DNA of 63,364 nucleotides, filler included, from Octopus bimaculoides (Eukaryota), in the NCBI RefSeq assembly GCF_001194135.2. It is 6 parts of 6 records of this genome, joined end to end, with 100 filler letters (N's around TTAATTAATTAA, not from the genome) between each part and the next. Parts side by side here need not be neighbours in the genome. Positions count along the whole stretch, not along the records: positions 1 to 11,580 come from NC_068996.1; positions 11,681 to 31,094 come from NC_068987.1; 4 more parts are not named here. One strand, written 5' to 3'. Shown piece after piece: positions 1-11,716 of the stretch (positions within the stretch are counted from its first letter, which is position 1; each line of letters begins with the position of its first letter). Under the pieces are notes generated by a model that made no database searches, was not told the origin of the DNA, and saw nothing but the letters and a program-made list of their open reading frames with translations. The position numbers and the translations under genes were made by a program.

Positions 1-399
1 TATACACACCATTTATACCGTCAATCTTCGCAGATAACTCACTATTCCATTTATTGGCATACCATATAAATTCATTCGTTTCTTTCCAATGTTATTTGAA
101 TTAACACGAACAGTACTTTTATCATAGTGTTTGATATTTTTTCTTGTGATCTATTCTTCCTCTACAACGTTTATCGTTCTTGAAATTTAAAGTAAAATTT
201 TACCTTTTCTCAAGCTTATGACGAAGCAGTGCTTGATAGGAAAAAGTACAACCGTTTTCGATAACTGCTTTTCTTCACTTTCAATCAAAGGTCCAAAGCT
301 ACCAAAACCACTGGGGACATCTATGCTGTGTACGGAGAAAGCGCTATTAATGAAAGAATTGTACAGCAATGATTTCTACGCTAGAAGGAAGGGAAATAT

Positions 400-630
400 A
401 CTACTCGAATTGTATTCCCTTGATATAGTACCTTCAAAATTTCACCATTTTGTGTAGCTCTCCAACAGTCTAAGAGGTATTTCGATTAACAACGACGTGA
501 AGGTAAAAGTGTAGCTCAACGAATTCTTGGAATCAAGATCTGATGATTTCTACCATCCAGGCATTAAAAAGCAAGTAGACTGTTCTCAAGAAGTTGTGAA
601 CAATTAAGGGGAATACATTATAGGCTGATT
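400..630 (+). mobile_element. mariner transposase C-terminal remnant
   Basis: Translates to LYSLDIVPSKFHHFV, a decayed YSPDLAPSDFHLF motif, followed by stop-riddled sequence resembling the mariner C-terminal tail (EFLESRSDDFY...GIKK...EVVNN.GEYI). Confidence 0.6.
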
Positions 631-764
631 TGCTAGAAGTGTTAATGTTGTTGGTAAAAAGATATGGATTGAACTAAATAGGGTGAAGAATAACTCAATA
701 AAAACACATTAATATATAGCTTCATAGCTTCGGGATATTGACTTTTAATATTTACTTTCACATT

Positions 765-975
765 GCAGCGAGCTGGCAGAATTGTTACCGCGTTGAACAA
801 GATGCTTAGCGGCATTTAATCCATCTTTACGATCTGAGTTCAAATTCCACCGGGGGCGGCTTTGCCTTTCATCTTTATGGGGTCGATAAAATAAGTACCT
901 GTTGAGCACTGGGATCGATGCAATCGACTTAGTCCCTCCCCATAAACTGCTGGCCTTGTGCCAAAATTTGAAACC
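765..975 (+). mobile_element. tRNA-derived SINE family 1
   Basis: Head GCGAGCTGGCAGAA, B-box-like GAGTTCAAATTCC and body GCCTTTCATC...GGGGTCGATAAAATAAGTACC; more than 10 copies in this window. Confidence 0.85.
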
Positions 976-1744
976 ATTATTTACTATCACATAGCAATTT
1001 ATTTACAATCCTCGCTATTCTCTTTATTTCTATCTATAGTGATATAGGTCGTTCTACCCAATGTACTTTGGAGCCTAAAAAGTAGTTTCAAAAACAGGGC
1101 GGAAGAAAGTAACAACTCATATGTGTCACAGATATTGAAGTAAAACTTCGAGTTATTTATTATGATTTGCTATGGACATGAAACTTTGAGATACAGCGGA
1201 CTAGCTCTACATTACTTGATATGTTTATTCACTATCTCTCTGTCTCTGCCTCTCCCCCCACTCTCTCCCTCTCTCTCTATATATACACTAGTCTGTTTTG
1301 TTCGTATAAATACCATAACCTATTACACACACGCACACACACATACACACAATCGCACACGCGAACTCATGAGCAGTCACTTTGCATAAAAAATTCTTGG
1401 AGAATCTTGAAACATACTATATGATTAGTTTGTGCTTATAAGTACCATTCAGTATGAAGTAAAATTACATTTTAAGGACTGTGTATAACCTTTCTTAAGT
1501 CACTTAAAATATGTGAAAAAATATTGTCACTATTAGATCAAATGATCTTGAACAAACCAAGCAATTCTCTTGAAGTATTTAAGCAAATTGCACACAATTT
1601 GTGAAGTGGATATAATAAGCTTGATCTGCGGAACATAGTAGTTATCATCAACTAATCGGGTCAGATAAAAATTTGACTGCAGTACGTTCATGACAAAAGA
1701 TTGAGTTAAATACTGTATATGTGAGAAAGCTTGCAGATCAATTG

Positions 1745-1995
1745 GCAGCCTAAACCCACTCCGCCGAACCACTTAGTTACGGGGACATAAACACACTATC
1801 ACCAGCTGTCAAGCGGTGGTGGGGGTCGAATACAGACACAAAGACACACACACACACACATATACATATATACAATTGGCTTCTTTCAGTTTCCATCCAC
1901 CAAATCTACTATCAAGGCTTTGGTCAGCCAGAGGTTATAGTATAAGACACTTGCCTAAGGTTCCACACAGTGGGACTGAGCCCGGAACCATGTGA
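1745..1995 (-). mobile_element. SINE family 2 (CORE-like), 3' portion of a split copy
   Basis: Aligns to intact copies at 53099-53548 (-) and 58502-58857 (+) from CACATGGTTCCGGG onward. Contains a CCTT(A/G)GGCAAGTG CORE-like motif and an internal (CA/TA)n. Its 5' head is missing here and is found at 7768-7805. Confidence 0.85.
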
Positions 1996-4440
1996 GTTTT
2001 CGCATCTTCAGCCAAGGCATCCCTAGTCCACCTTTAGCGGTTTCTGGCAGCAGACAGAGCGCTTCACAAGAGGCTTTCCTCCCTACCACAAAAAGCAGTA
2101 AAGGATTCTCTCCAACTTGTTCAGCCACAAATCGGGGCAAGGCACCACGGTCAGGCGGTAGGTGATAACTGATGCTATAAACATCTGCACCACCTCTGCT
2201 TTCCCTAGCAAGGATAACGCCCACCCAGACCAGGTCTGGGTTAGAGCAGTCACCTTGCTAGTTACCTCACTCCACTTTTTCTCTATCTGGAAGTCTGGGA
2301 CAAACCAGACCCCGAGCAGCTTAACAGGACCTTCCGTCATTCGCTCACGACGTTATTGGACGCCATCGGCTTTCCCCTCCAGGTACCGAGTTAACCTTTG
2401 CTCCTGCCATCGCCTCGTAACTTTTGATCGCCTCGATGATGGAGATGTCATTCGCATACGCCATAGCTCCTCTTCCACACCACAAATAATTCGGCGCGCC
2501 CCTAGTGCCTCTAGCTTCCGCAGCAAAGGCACAAGAGCCAATACATACAAAAGCGGAGACATTCACTTTAACGACAGTCTCGATGTCGCTGTACAAAGCA
2601 GCAATCCAACCTCGGAAGGTCGGGCCCAGGCCAGCCTTCTCGAGGACCGCCGCCAAGTACCAATGGACGACCCTATCAAATGCTTTAGACTGGTCTAAAT
2701 GTACCAATGTCCCCCTCTGCATCAGAAAGCTTCCCTACCCTCTCTAAGGAGTAGCGTATAAGGTGGAGATTGTCGTGGCTCGACCTGCCCGGGATAGCGC
2801 AAGTTTGCGCCCCCCCAACAAGTCTGTCCACGACCGGTACCAACCTTTTCGCTAGCACCATGGTCAAAATAATTTAACTCTGTGTTTAGCAGAGTTATGG
2901 GCCTAAAATTACTTATCTTGTCCTCCTTGCTCGGGGACGATTAGGGGCCCCTTTCAGGCTCGGGGTCCCTTTCTCATCAGCGTCACCACCCCAGACTTGG
3001 AAATTCTCCCATTCTGCTGCCAGTTGGTGTAAACGCTGGTCAGCAGGTGCCCGAACAAGTCTGGCATACTTTTATAGAATTCATAAGGTAGACTATCGAG
3101 ACCCGGTGACGACTCCCCGAGGCATTCACCCAGCACCTCGATCACCTGCTTGGCTGTGATTGGCCCTTCAGAGTACTCAGCCTCTCGTGCCGAGAGACGC
3201 GGGCCGCCAGACAGGAAATCCCTAATTCCTTACCATGATCCAGCATCCCGCTCTTCCCGAACAACTCAGTAAAGTGCTTGTAAAGCGCCTCCCACATCTC
3301 GTCCCGTCCATCGACCGAACACCCATTGTCATCAACCAGAAACCTAATTGTGGCATCATTGCCACGCTGGGTTTTTACCGTACGGGCCCATCCGGCAACA
3401 GTAATTCCCTCACGGCCCAATGCTCGCATTTTAGCCCGAACTCTGCACCACTCGTGTGACGGTGACGGTCTAAGGCCGTTCTCGCTGCCAAAATGTGGGA
3501 TGCATAGCCCAACCTCAACGCCTCCTCTAAGTCCCTAACTAATTGCCCTTCTATTCTGGCCTTATCTAGTCTTAGCTGTTGGCTAAACCTAATAGACTCA
3601 AAACGAATGGCTCTCTTTAGGGCGAACCACCACCGTTTATTAAACACGGCGCTGGTTAACGCCCTCTGTACTAGTTCCTTAATCCGGCTATGGTATGCCT
3701 CGCAAGTCAAAATAGATTTGTTTAGCTTCCAGTAGCCAGATCCTCGCTTAACTGTACTACCTATGTTCAGCCTACATTTAGCCATTCTATGGTCAGTGTA
3801 GGACACTTGAACAAGCTGTGAACAACTAAAACTAGCCTTATCTCTAGTTCTTATCACTATCCTGTCTAAGTAAGACTTGAACCTTCCGTTACTATTCATC
3901 CAGGTCCACTCTGGGACGTTCGGATGGTCAAACCTGTAACGATCTGCCAGCTGAAAGCGCTTAAGCAGATCTACGAGACGTGAGTTTACTTTCCTACCAG
4001 TTAAGCCAACACTATCGATGCGTGCGTCAGCGATAGTGTTAAAGTCTCCTAATACCGCTAATGTCTTCGAATTCACGAGAAAGTTCTCTAGGCGCCGATA
4101 AAAATCAGTTTGTAATGCTCTAGCACAAGGTGCGTAGATACCGATCAACCTGAAGGCCTTGCTGCTGTATGTCACATCAAGGACAACCAGCCCACCCTCA
4201 GGGCCACATAGACTGTACTTGTCTGCAGAACCAAGCCATTACAGATCAGTACCACTACACCCCCACGTTCTCCGGTCTGGCTAGAAGACACGATTTTCTC
4301 ATAGCCATTCAGGAGAGGCGAGGAGGTTTGTAGACTGTCCAGCTTGGTCTCTGTAACAACCATCACATGTATATCGTGCGATCTGAGGTTGTCGAGGAAA
4401 CAAGCCTGCTTCTCAAACAACCAATGTTAAGTAAGGTCAT
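1996..4440 (-). pseudogene. ORF2 (APE endonuclease + reverse transcriptase) of element B
   Basis: APE motifs VTETK, IGIYAP, LGDFN, SYLDRI, YTDH and GYWKLN. RT motifs LDQSKAFDRV, SPLLYVLAL, AYANDI (YADD-like) and VKLLGVWF. Confidence 0.9.
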
Positions 4441-4457
4441 TACTAAAAGTAAAGGTT

Positions 4458-5874
4458 CTACTTTCCCTTCACTGGAGATGCTGGGGACGATTTCACCACA
4501 CGTAAATCAGTCCCTTCCTTCTCCTCCTTCTTCATATATTTAAGTAAATCTACAATCCTCCGGATGGCTGGAGGATGCCTTTCCTTTAATTCTCCGTATA
4601 GAATTTCCCCTATCAAGGCGCTTCTACTTTTCAGGTCTTTGTATTGGGAGTACAGTTTTGTTGTGTGATGCGCTACAATGTCATTGGTATATTCATCTTT
4701 TGTATTAAATTCTACCGAAATAATGTTTTCTTTGTCTTTTTTCACAGCGACGATTGTGCGGGGTCTTTTTTTTATTGTCTGTGGTGATTTGCTTGTATTT
4801 TTTGAAGGGGATGTAGATGGGGATGGTGCCAATGTACGTTTCCGTACTACAGTAAACTCCCCTTTTGATATCTCCATGATATCGTTTGGGGAAATTTTTC
4901 CACTAGGTGCCTCAGGTTTCAAGGGGCCGGTGATTTTGTTTTTGTAGGAGCTTGTGCGTGAAGGGGTTGGGTTTTTTTCATTATTTTGTTTGGGGACCGG
5001 CACCACAGCAGCGGGTGTGGGAGTTTTTGTTTTTGTGGGAGTTGGTGTGTGTGTGTTGGAGTAGGAATATTTTTTACACTTGAAGGGCTTGGTGCCTGCG
5101 CCATCTTCTTTTTTCGTCGTCACAATCTGCCCTAATGTGGCCCTCTTTGCCACATTCGTAACATGTGGTTTGTTTACCCTCCACTTGGATTTTTAATGTA
5201 GTATTGTCACCCACGAGTACCCTATCTGGAAGCATTTCGATATCTTCCTGGGCCCCCTGAATGATTGCCGAGATGCTCTGCCCGAGGCAATTCTGGGGGG
5301 GGGGGCAGAGCATATGATTTGGAGAAACGATCTTATCCGCCCTGTTAAACAACAGGGCAGCCAATACCTCACTCGGATTCACTTCTGGTGGCACTTCTGT
5401 CACCTTTACACGGGAAGTACGTCTCCCCATGTAGGTTGGCAGAAGTACCACTTCTTTAGTTTTCAGGGGCATCACAGAGTACCTGCGGGCCATCTCCTCT
5501 GTGGCAAAACGCACCTCCACGGTACCATATGTCTTGCCCCTTGCAATGTAAGTTATGTCTTTCCATATTGTGGCAAGACATTTTTCAGTTTTCTCCTTTT
5601 CAAAGTGCTTGAAGCGCCTGTTTTCTGTACGGTAGGTTTTAAACAAAATTGTTTTTCTCTCCGTATCCACAGTGTTGGAGGATGGTGATATTTTCACATC
5701 ACCGTCATCCTTTCATTCTTTTGAAATATTCCTGTAGTATTCCTACAAGAATATCAATATTTTCGGTTGCCACTGCGGCAACCGCCGAAAATTTCTTCAC
5801 ATTTTTGACACTACTGTCAACATCAGCATTACTCTCTTCGAGAGCACATTTTTCTCTGATAATTTGACCGACAT
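4458..5874 (-). pseudogene. ORF1 (gag-like nucleic-acid-binding protein) of element B
   Basis: ORF 5074-5697 carries CYECGKEGHIRADC (CX2CX4HX4C) and an RRM-like stretch (YGTVEVRFATEE); a frameshifted K/P/T-rich continuation runs 4458-5153. Confidence 0.85.
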
Positions 5875-6258
5875 ACTCGGCCGAAATTGATAACCAAAGA
5901 ACAGAGAAAACACAATAATAAAATAATTTAAATTCTCCTCAAGAAGAGGTCAAACAGTTCAATCAAAACATTACGACACAGTTTAAAACAATTCAAAAAC
6001 AGTTCAATTCAGAACACACAAATAGTTCTGCAAAGACTTTAAAACAGTTCAATTTTTTAACAGAAATATATATATACAATGCCACAACGGCCACAGAAAA
6101 TATGTAACAATTTCTATTTCCCGTAACCGAGAAACAGAACAGTTCAACAAATAATAGTAACAAATTCAAAAATAACAGCAGTCGTAACAATGATCCAACG
6201 GTAAATCCAACGATAATTTCAGCACGAAGCATAAACAACGACCGTAGTCTATAACCGA

Positions 6259-6271
6259 AAGCAAGCTTCTT
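6259..6271 (-). repeat. Target-site duplication copy (plus strand AAGCAAGCTTCTT), identical to 7768-7780
   Basis: Exact 13-bp match at the two ends of element A; the sequence belongs to the SINE family 2 head. Confidence 0.85.
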
Positions 6272-7767
6272 TCTTTCTTTTAAATTGCCATAAAGGCATT
6301 ACATAGAGGGGGACACAACACCTGTAGGAACATATAGCAATTAAAATAAAAATATGATGCTATGAATGACACATGAACATCAACATGAAAAACATTAAAA
6401 TCAAAATATTAAAATAATGATACATGAATGATAACTGGGAAATGAGAATATGAAAAGTGTGTTACTCGCTCCACACTGAGTAACACCACTCGCCACCTCT
6501 GAATCCTCTTTAGCCTTTGATGTAGTCTTTCGTTTACCGTTTTCCCCATCGCTGAGTGACAACATTCTCTCCTCCATGTACACGTAACCTTTTTCACCGG
6601 GGGAGGGGGTCTTGCAAATTTTGTGGTTTTCTGTTCTTTCTTCTTTTTTTCTTGTGGGGAAAGCGGGCGGGTGGGTTTGGCATCTGTATGAGGAGGGTGG
6701 GTCTGAGTGGTCTTGGATGGAATGTAGTTGGTCTGGGATCCCACATCACACTGACTGTTCTTCCTCTTCATTCTCTTTTTCCTTTTATTCTCTGTCACTG
6801 TCCATTTATCCTCCTTGTTCCTTCCATCTATCTGTACTTCTTCCTTCGTCTCCTCCGTCTCCACCACCGCTTCTTCTGTCGTTTTCCTCTCCAGAGGGCA
6901 GTGCGCCCTAATGTGGCCCTTTTGGCCACATTTAAAACATCGTGGGATTCTGCCCTCCACCCACACACTTAAAGCAATTTCTCCCAACGTCACCGTCCCC
7001 ACCAAACTCTCCAATTGCCTCTCCTCTGCCTGTATAATGAGGTCCAGTGTTTTTCCTCTTCATCCTCCGTCCTCCGTTTCCGTGGCTTGGAGGACAGCCA
7101 CCTCCTCCTCACTTCCAGCGAGGACAGCTGCCGCAATCCAAGCCAGTTCTATATCGGGTGGAATTCCTTCTACCCTCACCTAAGAAGTCTATCTTCCAAG
7201 GTACGTGGGTAAAAGTACTACTTCCTCTGTTCTCACCATTGTACTCACCAGCCTCTTTGCCTCCTCCGCTGTACTAAACTGGACAACCACCATCCCATAT
7301 CCATTTCCTTTCGCTATTTATGTCACTTCCTTCGAAAGCCCCTTCAATGCCTTTTCTACCTTTTCCATCTCCATCCGCTCCACCTTCCTACTCTCCACTG
7401 AGTATACCTTGTAGGTAATTGTCTTCTTTTCCGTATTTTCCATAACCCTTTTTGGGGGTAATAACTTTATATCACCGCCCACCTTCTATGTCATCTTACT
7501 CAGCTCCTTCAGTCCAGCTAGGTCCACCTCCCTTTTCTTTACCTCTGCAGCCTCAGCAAAACTCTTTACCCTTTCCAAATGCTCGTCCATTCTATTTACC
7601 GCCTTAACGAGCTCCTCCTCCACTGAGGACAGCTCATACTCGCTAAGGTCTGAATACATTTTTTTCTACCGGTATAACACTCCCTGACGAACCGCTGTCA
7701 AGCAGCACAAAAATTCCGTTCGACTCGTCAAAAATCAACACAGCAAATAGACCGACGCATGCGCGGG
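6272..7767 (-). mobile_element. Tx1-type element A: 5' UTR + ORF1 + 3' UTR, no ORF2
   Basis: ATG at 7659; protein is homologous to ORF1 of B (EKKTITYKVY, EEVVLLPTYLGR, CFKCGQKGHIRAHC) with in-frame stops. No APE or RT sequence; ends in an AT-rich 3' UTR and an AAAAGAAAGAA tail; bounded by a 13-bp direct repeat. Confidence 0.85.
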
Positions 7768-7805
7768 AAGCAAGCTTCTTATCACACAACCACGCCTGCA
7801 CCTAT
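7768..7805 (-). mobile_element. SINE family 2 5' head (missing part of the 1745-1995 copy)
   Basis: Reverse complement AGGTGCAGGCGTGGTTGTGTGATAAGAAGCTTGCTT aligns at about 30/35 with the head GGCGCAGGGGTGGCTGTGTGGTAAGTAGCTTGCTT of the copy ending near 53548. Confidence 0.8.
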
Positions 7806-8734
7806 AGATAGTTTATTTTTTCTAATCTTTTACATTGCAGGAAATTGATTTCAACAAGTGAGCATAATTTCTTTATTCTCCCAGTTTCTGCCTGTCTATT
7901 TGTACGTATTTANNNNNNNNNNNNNNNNNNNNNNNNNNNNNNNNNNNNNNNNNNNNNNNNNNNNTATATATACGTATGTGTGGATGAGTACTTACACGCC
8001 TGTGTTGATACATACATGGGTGTATGTATATGTTTGTATGAATGTATGTATGTATGTATACATGATGCATGTATGTATGTATGCATGAACGAATGTATGT
8101 ATGTACAATGAATAGTGATTTTTATAACGGATAATTCTGAGTTGTTTTTTTTTACCTAGATGATATTTGATACAATGTAATTAAAAGTCATATGGTAATT
8201 GGTTTCCACCCGTTGTTTATCAACGTAATCAGCACACACGGACATCCACAAACGTTCAGAACTCGTAACATAAATGGTAGGTATCCTGTAAAAGAATTTG
8301 CGATATTCAATCGAAATATTACAATGCTAACGTGTAACAAATATGCGATCAGAAAATACGAAAAAGAAGTAATATTAGTTAGTTACAAATACAGTTTCCA
8401 AACACAATATGATCTTATTAGCAATTTTAGCATTCATCATGCTATGAGGTAGCTACCAAATACCTTCCAAACAACAGAGACGTTGAAGAAAGTATCATAG
8501 TAAGACAACAGGAAGAAATAACATTATAAAGATAATCAATAAGGGAGAATATACCAGTGTATATGTGTGTGTGTATCAGAAAAAGAGAGAGAGAGAGGGA
8601 GAGAGATAGAGTGAGGGAGAGAGAGAAAGAGAGAGATAGATAGATAGATAGATAGATAGAGAGAGAGATAGAGTGATAGAGAGATAGATAGATAGATAGA
8701 GAGAGATAGAGAGAGAGAGAGAGANNNNNNNNNN

Positions 8735-8782
<48 letters not shown>

Positions 8783-9739
8783 TAGAAAAGATTACTGTAT
8801 TAACGTCGAATGTAACTGAGAACTGAGTTACACTGAATGTTTCTTCATGTGTTTAAATCTTAGTATAGCGATTAAGATTTATAAAACATCCCAGGTATAA
8901 ATACACAGAGTATGAATCCATACATACGCACGCATGCACGCACACACGCATACACATATATTGGAAATTGTTTCTTAACCGTATTCATTTATCGATATTT
9001 CTTGAGGAATTAAGTAAAAGAAAAACAAAAAACAACAAAAGAGAAGGAAATTAAATAAAGAAAGTATGCAAAATCCAGTTTAATTCATAAATAACAAAAC
9101 TGTGGGAATAATATATTGAGTAATTAAATAAATTAAATTAATTGGTTTTCTTTCTGTTAGATAATCTATGTACTATAACAGAGAAAGTTACCTATTAATT
9201 AGTTGTAACTTTTACTAAAAGAATGCAGTTATTAAGGACCACACTGTTTAGAAAATTCTCATAAATTTCAATTTTATATGCATATTTTTAAACAAAATAC
9301 GGTCTTCAAGATTTTTTATTGAGAATTTCAACTATACACTAATCAGAAAACTGATTTTTGTTCACTGGTTTTCAGCGACTTTGATTCTTTTTCTTTTACC
9401 TTTTTCATGCAACACAGTCTGTCTATCTCGTTTTTTAAATTTGTTTTTGGTCTACCATCTCTATTTCAAGTGGTCCTTATAATTTTCTCTCCTTTACTCT
9501 TATCTTTATAATTTTCCCTCTTTTACTCTTATCTTTAGTGTTCTCTTCATGGTTTTTGTCTTTCCTAATGTTATTTCATTTAATGATTCTCATCTTTGCA
9601 ATGTTCTGTCTCTCGCTCTCTAACGTCTTAAAAACATTGCAATTAGCCATTACTACTATTAGCTGCCATCCAACATCTAATCAAAATCTGGTACACCTTC
9701 CTGCAGGTAATAATAAAAATAATAAACTTGACTCCATAC

Positions 9740-10375
9740 ATTATCAAAAACATTCTTGAGGGCAATAGCTTGTCGTTACTGCTCTTTGTTTCCTCATTAC
9801 TCCTCTCCACCATCATACCTGATTGGATTCAGCAGCATCTCTCATCTTTTTTGTTGTTGATGGCCTGAAGCTATATGGACCAAATATTAACAACATCAAA
9901 AAACAACAAAATCACACCATCCAATTCTCCGAAGACATTGGAATAAAATTTGGCAAGCTTAAATGTGCACACTTGGCGCTAAAATTTGGAAAACGTGCAC
10001 AGTCATCCAAGACACAAACATGAATGACATTTACTTCCTAGGGAAAACTATAAGTATCTTGCAAAAGACGGGAGTATCATTTTCGATTTACCTATCAATA
10101 GGGAGGAGCAACGAGTGAGTACCTCAAAGGAGTTAAAAGAATATGGTGGTCTGAACTCTGGAGCAGAATCAGAATAGCAAATCAACATCAGACAACGTTA
10201 ACTAAATTGAATTTGATAGCCCAAAAGAACAATGGTGGAACTTAAAAATAGAAAGAGTCAAAAAGTTAAAACACAACTGGCCAGATATTGTGTAGAATTA
10301 CGAGAAAAATATACTCTGTTGTGGAAATCAGCTGTCCTCTGGATACCAATATGGTCAAGAATACAAAAGAAATAT
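9740..10375 (+). mobile_element. R4/Dong-like REL non-LTR retrotransposon remnant
   Basis: Decayed RT motif ISHLF.VDGLKLY (YMDDLKLY type), FSEDIGIKFGKLKCA, YKYL and EYLKGVKRIW.SEL, plus a short REL piece VEISCPLDTN. Confidence 0.7.
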
Positions 10376-10404
10376 TTTATACTAAAAAATAAAACACGGT
10401 AAAT

Positions 10405-11322
10405 GGGCAGTCGCGAATATAAACAAACATGTCGGACGGTACAAGGGGCGGTAATTTGCTTTTACCAACCAGGTATTATTAATGATACGAGGGGCCCGAC
10501 AATATCGTCTGCGAATTGTAAGAACACCGTTTCTCAAGTGTTTCTTGAAATTCAATTTATAACCAATACATATTATTATGTCAAATTTTGTGCCTGAACG
10601 TGGAATTTTTAATTCTATGACCTTATTCCGTCTCGGAATAGATTTGAGAACGACACAAAAGGCCATTAACTGGTGTAGAAAATTTGGTTTATTATCAAGA
10701 GAAGACAAGAAATTTGTTGTGGAGTGCCTTGTGTTAGTGGAAGTTATTCTCGCTCAATTGTTAAAATATTAATTTGGAGATGTGCTGTTTGTCAGAAAAC
10801 TATAAACATAAGAGAAGGCTCATTTTTTGAAAAAAGTAAGTTGGAAATTTGGTAAATAATAGCATTTACACATTTATGGTCATCAGTGTTAGAAGAAGAA
10901 GAGGTCCTAACAGGGAAGCAGTAATAGTGCAATATGAGATAACCTCATCCACAACATATGCAGATTGGAATCAATTTGTGATGTTTGTGTAGCCCATTTT
11001 TAAAAACATTCAAGAAAAATAGACGGTACACATGTTGTTGTCGAAATTGATGAAACTCTGATGCAAAAACGGAAATATAATGTTGGCCTCTGCGTTGAAC
11101 AGCAGTGGATATTTGGAGGATACTCCCCCTAAAACTAACCCTAACCCTAACCCTAACCCTTACCTTAACGAGTGTGCACAGTAAAAACATCTGTTAAAAA
11201 TAATCAAGAGTTTGCAAACGATATTGTCGGGCTACTCGTATCATTAATAATACCTTACTAGTAAAAGTAAATTACTGCCCCTTGTATCGTCCGACATGTT
11301 TGTTTATATTCCACGGGTGCCC
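10405..11322 (+). mobile_element. Merlin (IS1016/ISXO2-like) DNA transposon, internally deleted
   Basis: About 110-bp imperfect TIRs (10405-10515 and 11211-11322, both starting GGGCA). Transposase pieces KAINWCRKFGLL, CAVCQKTINIREGSFFEKSKL and VVEIDETLMQKRKYNVG...QQWIFGG. TSD not resolved. Confidence 0.85.
11135..11160 (-). repeat. Interstitial telomeric repeat (TTAGGG)4 inside the Merlin element
   Basis: Four perfect CTAACC units read directly from the sequence. Confidence 0.9.
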
Positions 11323-11580
11323 GTTTCTATATATAAATTTAGATTCAAAATTGAATGTGGCACTTAAGTTTAAGCACCAGAATATAGTATGGTATTATAC
11401 AAACAATTCCAAAAACAAGGTGATCAAAAATATAAAAAAAGCAACACGGATTTTTAAGGTTATTGCAGTACGCACGTTTCATGCTACTCCATTTATTTAA
11501 GTAATGCGAGCATTATATTAAATGTAAAATGCAGAGCAATCTTCAGCTGCACAAGGATACAGAAAATATATATATATATA

Positions 11581-11680
11581 NNNNNNNNNNNNNNNNNNNN
11601 NNNNNNNNNNNNNNNNNNNNNNNNTTAATTAATTAANNNNNNNNNNNNNNNNNNNNNNNNNNNNNNNNNNNNNNNNNNNN
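11581..11680. other. Artificial scaffold linker (44 N + TTAATTAATTAA + 44 N)
   Basis: The same 12-mer sits in the middle of N runs at 11625, 31139, 36110, 54358 and 61377; it has stops in all six frames. Confidence 0.9.
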
Positions 11681-11716
11681 AGAGAGAGAGAGAGAGAGAG
11701 AGAGAGATACTGTGTA

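Larger units (their letters stand above)
1996..6258 (-). mobile_element. Tx1/L1-group non-LTR retrotransposon (element B), 5'-intact, 3'-deleted, decayed
   Basis: 5' UTR, then ORF1 with a CCHC knuckle, then ORF2 with an APE endonuclease and RT, all broken by frameshifts and stops. RT ends at ...MPWLKMR where it joins the SINE. Confidence 0.9.

Noticed and set aside
2162-2698. 178-aa + strand ORF and other antisense ORFs over the LINEs
   Set aside because: Shadow frames of GC-richer retroelement coding sequence.
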